From assembly GCA_003344405.1 (NCBI GenBank), contig NOWV01000138.1:62001-126000 (forward strand): a DNA stretch of 64,000 bases, read 5' to 3'. Below the pieces are notes generated by a model. It did not search any database. It saw nothing but the letters and a program-made list of their open reading frames with translations, and was not told where the DNA came from. Shown one piece after another: positions 26,701-40,678 of this stretch (the stretch's first letter is position 1; every line of letters starts with the position of its first letter). The DNA is from Trichoplax sp. H2 (taxonomy: Eukaryota). The translations under genes and the position numbers were made by a program.

Positions 26701-29700
26701 CGAAGGCCAATTCATGTCGATTATACGTATAACTAGAACTGATTTAGTCAAAAGCTTGGAACAACTGAAATCTGAGTTCAGTAATTTGTATCAGCAATGG
26801 CTGAGAATTGAATCATTTTTCTTTTTCGAAATTCATTCTGATAGACTAGTGATACTTCTACATCATTCAAGGTCAGGGTTTAAATTGATTTAGTTTTGAA
26901 AAATATCTCATCTGCTGTAAGTCATTGGACATCTCCTGTTAGCCGTTGAAGTAAATATCTTCCATTAATCTGATTCAATTTACGCCTGGCCAACGTTTGC
27001 TTTCAAACGAATCAATTCTAAAGATTTTTTGCAATGGTTGTTTATCAACTATGGATTAGCGTAGTTAATTTAATTTAAAGACCGTTTTTACAAAGTTGTT
27101 TAGAATCAGAACAGTGAACAGCGATCCAGAATTTACCCGAACTGTTCTTGAATCCTAAGTTTTTCCTCTATAACTATATCAATTGATGATCAACGCTGTC
27201 CTTAATGGCCCTTAGCATACCGATCGATGGACTATGCTTATTCTTTCTAAAACTACTGTACAAGAGTAATCTCGCTGAGCAAGAATATCAACACTCGGGT
27301 CCTTTTTGCCACCATGGCACATGATTTTCACACTTAAAATAATAAAAATAGCCATCTTGTAATGCTTAATAATTAATTATTAAAGCATCAATCGATAGCG
27401 TCTGCCGTCTATACAGAGGATCGATATTATTAATTCCAATTTTATCCTCAGTACTGCATAATCAATGCCTGATAGTTATTGCTTAGACAGGGTACCGTAT
27501 AGTGCTCATAGGCAATTGATTTCATGAAGAGGAAAGTACTTGTGTTGTGGCGCATTAAATTCCATCGAGGGAATGAGGGAAGAAAACGTAATTGGATACC
27601 GGCTAAAGACTTCACGATGACATCAATTTTATTCCTATTGATGTAATCCTTTCTTTCACACAAGAATAGATGGGCAATGTTGATGATATCCTATTTGAAA
27701 GAACTACAATTAAATACAGACTGTGCGACGCAATGGGATGTTACAATAATTAATGTATAAACACGCCATTAATCACTATCCACTATTGCAATCAGACCAG
27801 CCTGAATGATCTATTGATCCCAATGTTTGCATTTGATCAACTTGATTGCCTTGTCAGGCTATTCGCCAATCTCGATTGTTTAGTCAAAGGAATTTCTAGA
27901 CACTTTGGTTCATGGATTTTGATGAGACTTTCTATCCGTCTACTATCTTAATTAGACAGTATCCTTCTCGTCTCCTTGTGACTTTCCCAGCTTTTTTACT
28001 ATTACATGAGGGCTGACGATCCTAATTGGCTTTGAACATCATCTACCGGTTGTGCAAGTTATGATTGAAAGATTTCCCCTTCACTTTATAGACGAATACG
28101 TGAATAGTTTTACCTCGATTAAATTATCCATCAATCCACCTCTTATTACTGTAAAGTAACTTTCGTATTAAATATTGTTTTCTTAATAATTGAAATGTTA
28201 TTTTCATAATTTTCAGGGTCGCATCGCATTTCTTCAAGGAGAACGCCGAGCTCAAGAAAACTTAAAAAATGATTTAGTAAGAAGAATTAAAATGCTGGAA
28301 TACGCCCTCAAACAAGAGAGGTTCGTCAACGTTGATGACAGTCTTGAACTAGTTGTAGTTTTAAAAACTTTCGTTGTTTCTCTTTGTAGCCAATACAAGG
28401 AGTACAGTGTTAGTTTACTCAAGTATAATTGACCTATCAGTAGTCTTGGGTAGCGCTATTTCAAAATGAAGATAAATGTCCTATAGCTTTTGCAATACAT
28501 AGTTTAGTAATAAGAGACTGTTGGATAACTATTCCTAATACCTCTTTGACTACATTTATAATAGGACAAAATTCCATAAATTAAAATACGGGACAGATCT
28601 AAAATTTGAGGATAGCAAAGCCGATGCAGTAGCCAACGAGGAAGAGAAAAATGGTAACAATTAAACTCTCGTTAGAAAATTGCATATGATCGATATTTGC
28701 AATTATTACCCGTTCTTCTTTGTATAAAATCAAAGTATTGTATCCTAGTAATGATGTTAGAATTGCTTATTCATGGGAGGATGTAGAAAACTTCTAAATT
28801 GACCTTAGAGAGTATATCACATCAAGTCTATATTGATATTATGTTGAACGATGACAATTTAAAATACTTGCAGTTGCTACCTAATTTGTTAGAACACTTA
28901 AATAGAGCTAAAGGTTGAAATACACATCCTCCTAAAGCTGTATAAAGGATGAAAATACTTTAAAAATTAAATTTCTCATACCTTCATTAAAACGACAACG
29001 ATAATTGAAATTACATGCAGTGACTACCGAACTTATTAAACATTTAAGTAAAACTAAAGGTTGAATCACACATCCACCTAAAGCTGTAAAAATGATGAAA
29101 ATACTGTGCTAATTGCATTTCTCATGCTTTAATTTTACTAGCTGGTCCATTACCGAACGAAGAAATCGGAGATTTAACTTGGAGACAAGGAAGACAATTG
29201 CTCAGACAGTAAGTTAATTCATTTCCTTTAATCATATCAAGCAGATTGGCTCAGAAAGGCTACAGAATGATCTGATAATGTAATCTTCATAAGCACTTAC
29301 TATGTAAGGTGTGAGATTACTGTACTGAGACTGAGAGATTATGTTATCATCTCTAGCCTTAAAATGGGTCAGGTTGTCAATGAAGTCTTGTGAACTTAGC
29401 TTGAGCCATTTATCTATCTTATGTGCTTAATAGCATACTACTAGACATAGTATCACTATTATACGCGTAGGCTTACTGAAAGAATTTCGTCGGTACGTCA
29501 TAAAAGTGACCGCTGTAATATGCATCACCATTTACCTTACAGATATTTACATGAAATTGGCTATACAGACACGATTCTAGAAGTTAGATCAGCACGAGTA
29601 CGTTCTTTAATGGATCATTTGTCATTCGGGAAAGCTACTTCTGCGGCCAAAGATGAAAGTAACAAGGGAAAGCCAGAAGCATCCAGAAAATTAAACGAAA

Positions 29701-32700
29701 CCCAGCCAAGGTACAACGAGCATGACATGGAATGAATTGCATACCCGTAACAAGCGATGATAAATAGGATTCAGAATTCACACTTGCTTGTTGTTTACGT
29801 GATATGCAGTTCTACCCATAAGATAAATACGATGTATCGTTAATAATTCATTTGTGTAATAGTTACGATAGAGCCGACAACATGATTGCAGCAGACGATG
29901 AAAGTGCTGGCGCCGAAGACACAATTATGTCAGAGTTCAATTTTCTTGCTATTGAAGGTACATATATACTCGATATTGAAATGTAGCCGATTTAGAAGCG
30001 ATGGAAATCAATTCCAGCTTCAAACTGCGCCTAAATTTGCTAAATATTATACAGTGTAATTGAACTATACATGCTATATATTCTTTCTTACCGAATTAGA
30101 CGACTCTGAAGAAAATGGAGCAACATACTTTGAAGAAGGAGGCAACGATGATGATGACAACGTTGATGGCCTACCTACTTCATTTGATGATATCATGTTT
30201 GATAACAGTAAAGATGCATCGATAGCATTTATGCGTACTGCTGAAAGTGGTACAGACGATAGTATGATAACCATAATAGAAGATGCTATGGCTGTCAGCC
30301 CAGAAGAAGCTGCTGCTAGAGCGTTAGATGAATTCAACTTTCTAGTTGCAGAGGATAATGAAATTGAAGCTGATGAATCTACAGCTGACAAAAATGCTGC
30401 AAAAAATCGTAGCGAAAAATTAGGCTTAGGCAATTTAGAAATGCAATCTGAATGGAACGTTGATGCATCAGCAATCGAAAAGTTGAAAGAGCAATACAAA
30501 AAGGAAAGAAAATCAAAGAAAGTTTTAAAACGTTAGTTATAGTAGTTAATGCTTACGGTAGTTCTATCTTAATTAGCAATGAGTCCATACAGCTTAGAAA
30601 ATTTCGAATTGTAGTCCTGCTCGTACACTCTTTTAAAGTAAATCACAAACGTTATTATTCTTTAGGACCTACAAGATCGTCGTTACAAGCAATGCTTGTC
30701 AATCTAGGAGAAGATGAAGGTTCCTTCTCATCAAAAGGATTCGGTGGCCCAGGTGGTGACTTTGGTAACCCAGATATGGAACAACCTGGATTACGAGGTG
30801 TTAGACCGTTTTCTGCTAGTAAACCAATTGTTCTTGGTGATGAATCTGTCGAGGGTGCAATTAGTTTAGGCGATTTAGCTGGTCTTTCGATATCCAATGA
30901 AGCTGAAGCTCTCAACAACGAGGTAGAACCGTCAAAAATTATTTTCTTAATTTTGAAGGCGACTATCATGATATTATAAAAGCTCATTCGTATGTCAATT
31001 TGGTATTGGTAAACTCATTTTTACATACTTACATTTACTATATAGTCTGCGTCTTCCGGAATAATGCCTCAACATAAAACTTGGACCTTAAAATATACCC
31101 TCAGAAGGTCAGCTTCTTGTGTAGTAATACTAAAAGTTAAATCTACAGATGTGAACATGAATTTAATCTTATTCTCTTTAAATATTTTGCGAGTAGTCAT
31201 TTCGATTGTGTTCGGTCGTTAGCATTTCATCCTTACGAGAATTTATTAGTATCGGCATCGGATGATCAAACGTTGAAATTATGGAATTTGCAACAAAAAG
31301 GGTCTAAAAGGTAAATTAACGTGAATTTTGTAACCTGTGTTTAGCGATTGATGATCAACCTTACCAGTTACGATCCTATTGAAGACATGTATTATCTTCT
31401 TCTAGGAATATGCAACCTGAAATTGAGCCACTTTATACGTATCGTGGCCATAGGTAATTGACTGCAGTTTCTGTAAACTACTTTAGTTGTTATTGTTACT
31501 ATCTAATTACGGCTTACTGGATTGTACTCGTTTCACTATACGATGTTTTTAAATTTGTCCTACTTTATCCTTTTAATAGGGGTGCCATTTTATGCACTAC
31601 CATTTCCTCTTCTGGAGATACAGTCTATAGTGGCAGCACGGATGGCGAAATAAAATGCTGGTCACTTCCTTCCATTGAAAGCGATCCATACGACAGCTTT
31701 GGTAACTAATTTTCTGTTGATAGATTATCATTAAAAAGTTGATCAGTCTGTAATGGCTATAGCTAACGTTATCCTATTGGGCTGCTAGACCCTAGAATAG
31801 AAAAGGGAAGTTTGCCAGGGCATACAGATGCGGTCTGGAGTATTGCCGTACATCCCGATAGTGAACACATTATTTCATGCTCTGCCGACGGTACCTGTAA
31901 ACTGTGGAGACCTGGCACCCTAGCCACACCCTTGATCGCTACTTTTACTGCAAATGAAGGTATTAAATCATGACATAGACAGATCGTGCCATTGTAAGTA
32001 TCTACTCTGTATCTGATTTACTCAATCGCAATTATTCTATAGATGATGGAATACCAACGTCAGTTACGTTTTTACGTAATGACTGTAATCAAATGGCTGT
32101 ATCCTACACTTCTTCGCAAACTATTATATTTGATTTACATACTGCAAAGCCAATTCTGCGCCTTAATTGCGCTCAAAGCTATGGTAAAATGATTTCCCAA
32201 TTATATACTCTTATCCAAATTATTTTAGAAATATTTTCTTAATTGTATCTCTAAAACGTGTAAACTAATCACAACTTCTTGTTATCACAGATGGCACTTT
32301 AAAATCTCAGATAAATAAAATTACCTCCCACCCAACCTTACCTTTACTTATCACTGGCCATGAAGATCGATTCATACGCTTCTTTGATACAAACAGTTGT
32401 AAGCTTTTCTGAGCTATAATATTTATCCTATGTTGATCTGTATTGAGTTCTATTTATTACCATTTGCTAGCTCAATTGGTTCATTCTATAACTGCGCATA
32501 TGGATGCTGTAACAAGTTTAGCGATTGATCCTAATGGATTGTATTTGATTTCAGGAAGTATGTTGGTAGACATCAAATGTGCTAGATTGCATTATTTAGT
32601 AGTAATTGACGATTTGATATCATTGCCATTGTGTCACACTAGGTCATGACTGTTCGATACGCCTGTGGAATATAGAGAGGAAAAGTTGCATTCAAGAAAT

Positions 32701-32812
32701 GACTGCACATCGTCGAAAATTTGACGAATCTGTGCATGATGTCGCGTTTCATCCATCCAAACCCTTCGTCGCTAGCTCTGGCGCTGACTCTGTCGTAAAA
32801 GTCTATGTTTAA
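23791..32812 (+). CDS. STRN: Striatin (STRIPAK scaffold; coiled coil plus C-terminal WD40 repeats); first exon corrupted in this assembly
   Basis: Exon 28217-28320 GRIAFLQGERRAQENLKNDLVRRIKMLEYALKQER; 28565-28653 KFHKLKYGTDL; 29142-29208 WRQGRQLLRQ; 29543 onward YLHEIGYTDTIL; LGDLAGLSISNEAE; WD40 exons (HFDCVRSLAFHP, AHMDAVTSLAIDPNGLYLISG, HRRKFDESVHDVAFHP...KVYV*). The putative first exon 23791-23875 ends ERAELQ|GT but is frame-disrupted. Confidence 0.93.
24226..24520. repeat. Local duplication in striatin intron 1
   Basis: ATCATCGATCATAACAAGGAT.GAGAGTAGAATTCTCCATCGCAATCTC.ACAGTGGATTTCTCCT at ~24226 and ~24398; TTCGATCGATGATGATTT...GTTGTAAAGTATCTCTAGCTTGAATAA also occurs twice. Confidence 0.8.
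25812..26370. repeat. Tandem array of ~100-bp hairpin-forming monomers with 200-bp dimer periodicity
   Basis: TAGTAGACA at 25812, 25912, 26112 and 26312; core CCATTTCAATTTTGATGGTGGCATAGCCATCGTTGAAATGG. Confidence 0.9.
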
Positions 32813-33934
32813 TAATGATTCGAAATTACTGTATATACCGTATTCAAACTAAATTTCTATAACTTTGTATGTTTTGACTTTGCAATAATATTATATATAT
32901 AACTAATAACTCCATGTTATCGGAGCTTTGCAATTTAAACACAACCGGAATAATAAGCGGACTAGATTATAAAAATTTTTATGTATGATAATGTACTAGA
33001 TTGTACAGTTGCCACTCGACAGATTGTTGTCTTGAGATTGTAAGTCCATATTTTATGAAATGTTGTTGCTGTCGTCATTTTTAATACGGTTATCCAAATT
33101 GTTTATGTCAAATTTTTGCACGTTTAGAAAGTATTGGAACCTTTTCTTTTCCAAGATGTACAAATTACTTTTTTGTTTAATGTGCTCTACGCTAAAATTT
33201 ATCATGATATTACCAACGTGGTTAACATTTCAGTATTAACATTGGAATGAGCTGGAAATGTTGGCTGCGTCGTCAAAAGAAGAAGAGAAAATGGTTAGGG
33301 AAAGATTTTTTAATTGTCATTATGAAATTACAACTACGCCTTATTGCTCCTAAATTACGAATCGATTGTCACAGTGCATTTATGATAATAAATTTTTGAC
33401 GCGTTTATTTCGTATACTCTTCCATGAAAATCCTAGGAATTGTATTAAGCATGTATAATAATACAGTTTCCTCTATAGCTGCACATGTTCCTGTATAATT
33501 TTAGCAATGTAATAGCTATGGAGAAGGCTTTTTACCTTGCAATCAAGTTATGTCATTGTGTCATAATTATGATAATTTACTGGTATAATAGAATTCAATT
33601 TTCTTTTTTGATTTGTTGCTTACCACTGTGAATTGGCTGATTTAATTTACTTTTTAAGATTGCTGAAAATGGTTGTAGCCCGCTATTGCAGCTCTACTTG
33701 TGGCTATATACCTGTACGTACGTGGAATATTGTTGAATAGATGAATCACAAAAGTATAAGGAGATTGTTGAATGAATAAATGCAAATTATACGTTCTCAA
33801 ATGGAAGGATTAATCATTGGAGCGATTGTTCTTGGTGTCTCGTTATGCATTGCCAGTACTAATTCAGTAAAGATTGCATTTTAATTTAGTTATTAGCCTT
33901 CGATGCTATCATTATTTTAAATCGCACTATTGTC

Positions 33935-34545
33935 GCAGTCAACTGTACGTTTACAGCATTTCAAATAGAATTAGACTGTACATAGCAATCAATTAATGAG
34001 CTAGGATTTCGTTAAAGCATTATAATTTCATTTTTTCATGACGGATTTTTAATATCAATACAACCTAGCTCGAACGCGTACTGTAGGAGCTAGCTAAGAG
34101 CATGGGCTAATAGCTAAAGATACCTGATTATTGCATATGTTGCAGAATTGACTGTAAAGTCAATGCTCCTAAGGCACCGCAGTCAATTGTACGTTTACAG
34201 CGTTTCAAATAGAATTAGGCTGTACACAGCAATCAGTTGATGTGCTAGGATTTCGTTAAACCATTATGCTGTAATTCCATTTTTTCACGACGGATTTTTA
34301 ATATCAATGCAACCTAGCTCATACACGTACTGTAGGAGCTAGCTAAGAGCATCGGCTAACAGCCAAAGATACCTGATTATTGCATATACGAGCAATCAGT
34401 TAATGTGCTAGGATTTCGTTAAAGCATTATAATTCCATTTTTCACGACGGATTTTTAATATCAATGCAACCTAGCTCATACGCGTACTGTAGGAGCTAGC
34501 TAAGAGCATGGGCTAATAGCTAAAGATACCTGATTATTGCATAAA
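33935..34545. repeat. Three tandem ~150-245 bp copies
   Basis: GCAATCA.TT.ATG.GCTAGGATTTCGTTAAA...GGATTTTTAATATCAAT.CAACCTAGCTC...GTACTGTAGGAGCTAGCTAAGAGCAT.GGCTAA.AGC.AAAGATACCTGATTATTGCATA occurs three times. Confidence 0.9.
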
Positions 34546-36657
34546 TATATTACCGAATTAACTGTAAACTGTAAAGTCAATATTGACCCCTAAGGCAATA
34601 AGGTTTTTCGTGCAAACTAGAACAATCACCCTCTTAGTATGCCATACGGTGATGATCTAGCATCTATGCATCCGATGGTGTTATTTATGCCACTTCTATT
34701 CATTCTCACCTAATCCAAGCCAAAAATCGAGCAGAGCTCTGCAGGAACTCTGCACAGCTAACCTTCTTACAAGAGATTGCACATTCTACATGATTAGACA
34801 TACAAATTAGAGTAATTTTCTACACAAGCAATTTCAAAGCCTATTTGCTATTTCAACTCTCTTTTAAAGCGTTAATTGGTTGATTTAAGTACAATTTTCT
34901 CGATTGTAACCATGTTGAAGAGAGAGGGGAAGCATTTATGATGAAGAGAAATGTCAGCAATACGTCATAGTGTAATATATAGGGTATCTTAAGCATTACT
35001 ACTGACTCAGTACTAATCTTGAATTTGTGCTGATTCACATTGAAATCTTATACTCTTTGACTATAGCAACTGGATCAGTTGTATTCGACCATACAAATTG
35101 CTGTTACTTAGAGTCATTCCCTTTTTCTGCAGTCAAGCAGTTCTTGTTGTCATTACGACGGTGAAGTCAAAATGTCTCCAGCTTGCTTAGCTATATAGTC
35201 GATGAATAATGAAATTGCGAGGTAAGAAAAAGGAAATAGGCTGTTATCCACCATGAACAGTAATCTACAGTTAGTTACAGTATAATGGTAGTGTTCTATT
35301 TATAGAAACTCTTCATACTTTTCATTCTTTGCCAATTATAAATCAATAATAATGTCTACTACAGCTTGTCCGTTCTTATCCACTATGGACACCAAGCTAC
35401 CCCACTCTTGATTTTAGTACTACAGTATTTACTACTTTATATAGAGAAGCTTTTAATACTTCTTATCGTTGGCCAACTTTAAATCAATTTCTAAATATAA
35501 AAGTTAAGCCACAGTATAGGAAGATCTATAACAGATTTAACCTATCAGCCAAATAATCGTCTTTCTGTTGACAAGAGAGAGTTGCTGATGACAACTGCTC
35601 TGCAATCCTTTGGAAGTATTATAGTTATTAAAGATACGCTATACACGTACCTATTAGCATTAATAGCAGACAAGAAACAGCATTTCTACTGTAATTTAGA
35701 CTTGACTTTGTGCTTAAATTATGTCTGGTTGATGACTATGACACCTTTACGTGCTTTTTATGATAATTGTAGATGAAACCCTGAATTGAGTATAGATCTG
35801 AAATACTGATTACAAACTATCAAGGAGATGATGGAGGTAGGTTAACTTCTCGAAGCTTAGCTCAAGCATTTATACCGCTCTATTCTGTTACAATCTTCAA
35901 TTATAAATATAGCAATATGCTCAACATGCTAACAGGAATGTAGATATCCTTATCAAAAAGAAAGTTATTTGTAATATGCAATTTAAATATCAACCCCTAC
36001 AGTACAGTACAGTAACAATCGATAAACAAGTCGATAAAGTTATGTTTAATGATTGTAGAGTAGCACATAGCAAGAGTTGATCAGTTCTGCTCTCTGTAGC
36101 AAAATGTTTTCCCACTCTCCTAGACTAATTTCGTTGTGAATTTTCTACAAAACTCCTCAGAGCCTGATGTACGAGCATGTCGATTAGACGGTGCCAGTCA
36201 TCATCATCAGACAGTTATTGTTTACAAGTAGATCTATTGATCTTAATTACTTTATTAGTATACATCAAATTGAGATATCAATAGCAATAATGATATCTTT
36301 CCGTGTACATTCTAAAAAGGCAGTAATTTTACGGTTACATAGGAGCTATCCCATAAACTCCATCCGAAACATGGACAAGCTATCGACAAGGAATCCAAAC
36401 AGCAAGATCAACAATATGCTAATTATCACACTAGATATCGTCCTCCGTTTCTGCATAACATACCTCCTCCATCTTTTACAATACTAAGGCCTCCTACTCT
36501 CCACGGTAAAATGTTGTACTGTATACTTGAAATGTTACATGGTATTAAATGTGCGATCTAATATTACATGAAACATCATTAGCAAAGGTTGTTTGTATTA
36601 CAGAAGAAAAATAAAGTTGTATGTTGTCATTTACTGATGCTAGAAAAGAGTGCTGCC

Positions 36658-37998
36658 ATGCCTTCGAAAGTAGCAATGCCAAGATTGCAAACTCCGCATC
36701 TTTTGAATACCTCTACTGGAGGATTTAATCAACAGTCTCAGCGTAGACTTGCTCAAAGTGGTGATTATAGTAAGAATACCCGCGGTAAGTTTATCAATAA
36801 TCATTTGATTACAATGCACAAAATTATCGCCTCCATGTATATTAAATACTGGTAGTCAAGTAATTTTGAAAAATAAACGCTTTGTAATTAAGGATAGTTC
36901 CAATCGACACATAATTTCTTGCAATAAGTCATAGAATCATAATATAAATATGAGGTATCCCTCTACTAATTTCATTGTTATTCATTTTTCAATGCTATGA
37001 TGATAGAATATGCATCATCTAGTTCACTAGAACAGCTATGCCGAAAAATGGGCGCGTACTTTGATTGCTCAACTCAAAAGCTGGAAATTCCCCCTGATAA
37101 AAAGCCTCTATGTAATAAAACTCAATTTAAAAGGATGAGACGTTACTATTGGGGAATAACCCAACAAATACAACGCATCATGTCCCTGCAACCTAGTGTA
37201 TATAAAGTAAATATCAACATTTCCAAAGTAAATCTTTACCGGCTACGACCCTATATCTATATTAACCTTAAAAAATGCTTCTATTCAGTACCGTATCCAA
37301 TCAATGTACCCCCAATGATAGTTTGTATTGCAGAAACCGTTATTGGTCTTATTAAGCATAAGAACTACATGGGTAAACAAGTTGAAGATTATCTGCTGCA
37401 GTGCTGTGCCAGTCCATTAGCTTGTCGCAAATACTTGGTGCAAATTTGGGAGATGTTACTGGAATCGTCATTTAGCGATCATGGTGTGGCCGATAATATT
37501 ACCCAATTAGAATTAAAGGTACAACATAAAGATAACAGTGTTTTAGATTACGCCATGGCATGCTGTGCTGCCATGAAATATATTGACAATTATGTTCTGG
37601 AGAACTCGATTGAAACGAACGACATGCAGAAGGAGGGAAATATCCTTAAATGCAGCTTAGGCCAGCAAGAATACAAACTTGATGACATAAACATTCACTT
37701 GGAATCATCATCTCGACGTCTCTTGAAGGGATCTGACGATAATTCCAAAGAGCCAAATGTACGCTCGACAAGTGAAGCAACTGCAAATCAGACTACAGAA
37801 GTTATCCATAAAGATGGAGTAGATATACCCAATACGTCGTCTAACAGTAATACAAATAAAGACATTAGTCATGTCAGTAACTTATCCGGAAAAATAGCAA
37901 AAAGGTCACGTCGAAGATCTACATTTGGCCGATGCTCAGCCACAGATAGAAGCAAGCTTTTCTTGCAGTTAACGGAAATGAAAAAGACCTTGATATGA
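36658..37998 (+). CDS. Uncharacterised protein, ~372 aa, 2 exons
   Basis: A 333-codon open frame in AT-rich DNA. An upstream exon 36658-36784 (GCCATG...CGCG|GTAAGT) joins the acceptor at 37006|37007 in the correct phase. No recognisable domain. Confidence 0.7.
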
Positions 37999-39245
37999 CA
38001 TATTGCAGCTAATGGTAATGCTGTATAATGCTTTATACTCCTTTTTTATATCTCTAGGACTGCGGTGATCGCCATTGCCTCCTGTGTTGTTGCTCGTAGG
38101 ACAGACATCTTCATCCTATAGCAAAATTTTGTCGATTCTTTATACCGTATTAGAATATTGTTTTGATTGCGATGATGGCAATAGCTACTCTGTTGTGGGT
38201 TATAAGGCAAACTTTATATATAATTTTATTATTCTGCATCTGATTACCAATCCATCACTATCACTTTGTATTGTATGATATTGTAAATACTTGAATTACA
38301 GAAATTATAACCTGTTTTGACTTTTACAAGTTATTATTTATAAATCTTATTTGGCTTATTAAAAGGTTTAATGATTGATTAATCGATCCATCATGACAAC
38401 GTCTGCTAGCACTAGCCTTCAATAACCTAAATGCCATAGTGAGATTCAAAAATTTCCAGTAGATATCCTTATGCATATCATTTGAAGTTAATACTTGCAC
38501 TATTCAAATATTAATTAACTACAACAAAATAGATGTATTAGAACTGGATGATTAACTATATATAGCCTAGTGCATAAATATTGTTGTACTTCAATAGTGC
38601 AGATATGAAGGTGAGAATTGAGAAGAGATCGAAGGGGGGATGAAAATCGATATAATATCTACGTTGTAGAATAGACGTTAGAGTACTGTACTATGTGAGT
38701 AATAGGCTACCTGATTTACAATAGTTCCTATTAATTTGAACTTGGTCACTCACTAGCCATAGCAATGGATGTGTGCATAGGTATCTATTTAATGTGTTAG
38801 CTTAAGTCAGAGCATAGCACTGCAGTAAATAGATACAACTTTATATTTTATTGGCTATCAATAGATCAGGATTGAATAGTGCACAAGAGAAAGCAAACGC
38901 AGAAATATCAGCTAGCGCAGTCAATATTGATTACTAGAATCTAATAAAAGTAGCTACAAAATAAATCTTCTATCGTACCATCAGTAGCTAGGGTTACGGC
39001 TTGTTATAATTAATAGAACGGCTATAGAATATTATAGAATATTAGAATAGTGACTAATAAATTTAAATCATTCTAACCAATAATTCTCAATCGAATAGAA
39101 AATATTCACTTACGAGTATACATTCAAAATCATCTTGACCTAAAAGTTAGTTACTATAACGGTATAATTATGGAATGGAACAGTTATTCCCAAACTTTAA
39201 AGTATCCTCACGAAAAAATGACATATCGAAGACCATTATAAGTTT

Positions 39246-40547
39246 TTAGTTGTCATCGAGGACAATAGTTTCATGACCAGAAAACAATCCCTCCACCTTG
39301 GATAGAGTTGGAGTCTGGCAAATTTCTTTGGTGTCCGATCCACTACTTTCATCACTTTGCTCGCGAGATTTTGCTTTAACTAACTCTTCCTCTTTGCTTG
39401 TCCTTGTATCCTCTTGCTGGAATTTGGACGAAGGTATTTCTTTCTGTTGCAGATCAGGATCGATAATTTCTATCCTTCCTGGCATCCTGGTTGGTAATAA
39501 TATGACCTTGCCTATAAATCTTTGCGAATGGATTCGCTCCATAGCAATGTTAAATTCTTCTAGCGGATACATTGCATCAATCCTTGGTCGAACTACTCCT
39601 TCACTATATAATTTCAAGATATCATGCATGGCAGTCCGAACCCAATCGATACCGCTAGCATCCTGAACTAAATGCGTCAAGACAACACCACCAATCATTT
39701 TACAGTCCGTAATTAAAGTACTTAAATCTTGATGGAAAGTATTCCACCATTGCCTTGCAGCACCAAACCAAGTACGACTTTCTGCTGATCGTAAATTAGC
39801 ACCGCCATACATAATATGTTTACCTAATCGTTTGGTTAAGAAATAATTCTTACGATTATCGACACCTCTGTACGGATCCAAGACAATATCCACTCCATTA
39901 GGAGCAAATTGTCTAATGTCAGTAACATAATCTCTGGATTTGCTATCAACAAGATAGTCATAGCCATGTTTTCGAGTAATAGATTGCCAAGAATGAGGGC
40001 AAGTTCCATATAATGTGACATGGGGTACAGTCTTGCATAACTGTCCAACGGCTAAACCAACATCATCGAATGCTTGATGACAGAGAATACTTTTACCTTC
40101 TTTCAGACCTCCATATTCAAATAATAAAAAATAGGCTGTCAGGTAGCTAATAGGTATAGCAGCAGCTTCTTCAAAAGTCATCCCATTAGGCATAGAAAAA
40201 ACCCATCCTAAAGCTACTGAGACATATTCGCTCCAGCCACCAGACCAAGCTATGCCAATAACGCGATCACCCACTTCAAAGCTAGAAACACCTTGGCCGC
40301 ATTCATCAATCGTGCCAGCTACCTCCATGCCTAAAACGCATGGTGGTCGTATCGTCATGGATAGATTTAATCCTTGTCTGGCCAATATATCATGATTATT
40401 GATGCTGCATGCTTCTACCTTGATTAGGACATGGCCATTTTTGACATTGGATAATTCTTTCCTTTGTAGTTTGATTTTATTAATACCACCATAGCCGGTT
40501 AAAACTAATCTCTTATTCGTTCTCTTGCTTGGAAAAGCTTCTGCCAT
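39246..40547 (-). CDS. Synaptic vesicle membrane protein VAT-1-like MDR/quinone oxidoreductase family protein, 433 aa, intronless CDS
   Basis: LVLTGYGG...VLIKVEAC..N..D..ARQGL...PP.VLGMEVAG...FEEAAAIP..YLTAY..LFE.G.L..GKS...GVDIVLDP...G.V.P.ID...AM.R......GKVIL, plus a charged C-terminal tail. Confidence 0.88.
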   Translation of the reverse strand: MAEAFPSKRTNKRLVLTGYGGINKIKLQRKELSNVKNGHVLIKVEACSINNHDILARQGLNLSMTIRPPCVLGMEVAGTIDECGQGVSSFEVGDRVIGIAWSGGWSEYVSVALGWVFSMPNGMTFEEAAAIPISYLTAYFLLFEYGGLKEGKSILCHQAFDDVGLAVGQLCKTVPHVTLYGTCPHSWQSITRKHGYDYLVDSKSRDYVTDIRQFAPNGVDIVLDPYRGVDNRKNYFLTKRLGKHIMYGGANLRSAESRTWFGAARQWWNTFHQDLSTLITDCKMIGGVVLTHLVQDASGIDWVRTAMHDILKLYSEGVVRPRIDAMYPLEEFNIAMERIHSQRFIGKVILLPTRMPGRIEIIDPDLQQKEIPSSKFQQEDTRTSKEEELVKAKSREQSDESSGSDTKEICQTPTLSKVEGLFSGHETIVLDDN

Positions 40548-40678
40548 TTCTGCAATATCTGTTGAATGCTGTCTTGGTTCATTGAATGCGAAAAAATCAG
40601 AAATTTCATATCGAGATAAATTTGCAAATTAAAGTTGGTTCTAATCTACATTAAGAAACGAAATACTAGACTTACAAT

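Noticed and set aside
30074-30987. Minus-strand ORFs of 141 and 110 aa
   Set aside because: Antisense shadows of striatin exons.
39298-40048. Additional ORFs within the VAT1-like gene
   Set aside because: Antisense or alternate-frame shadows.
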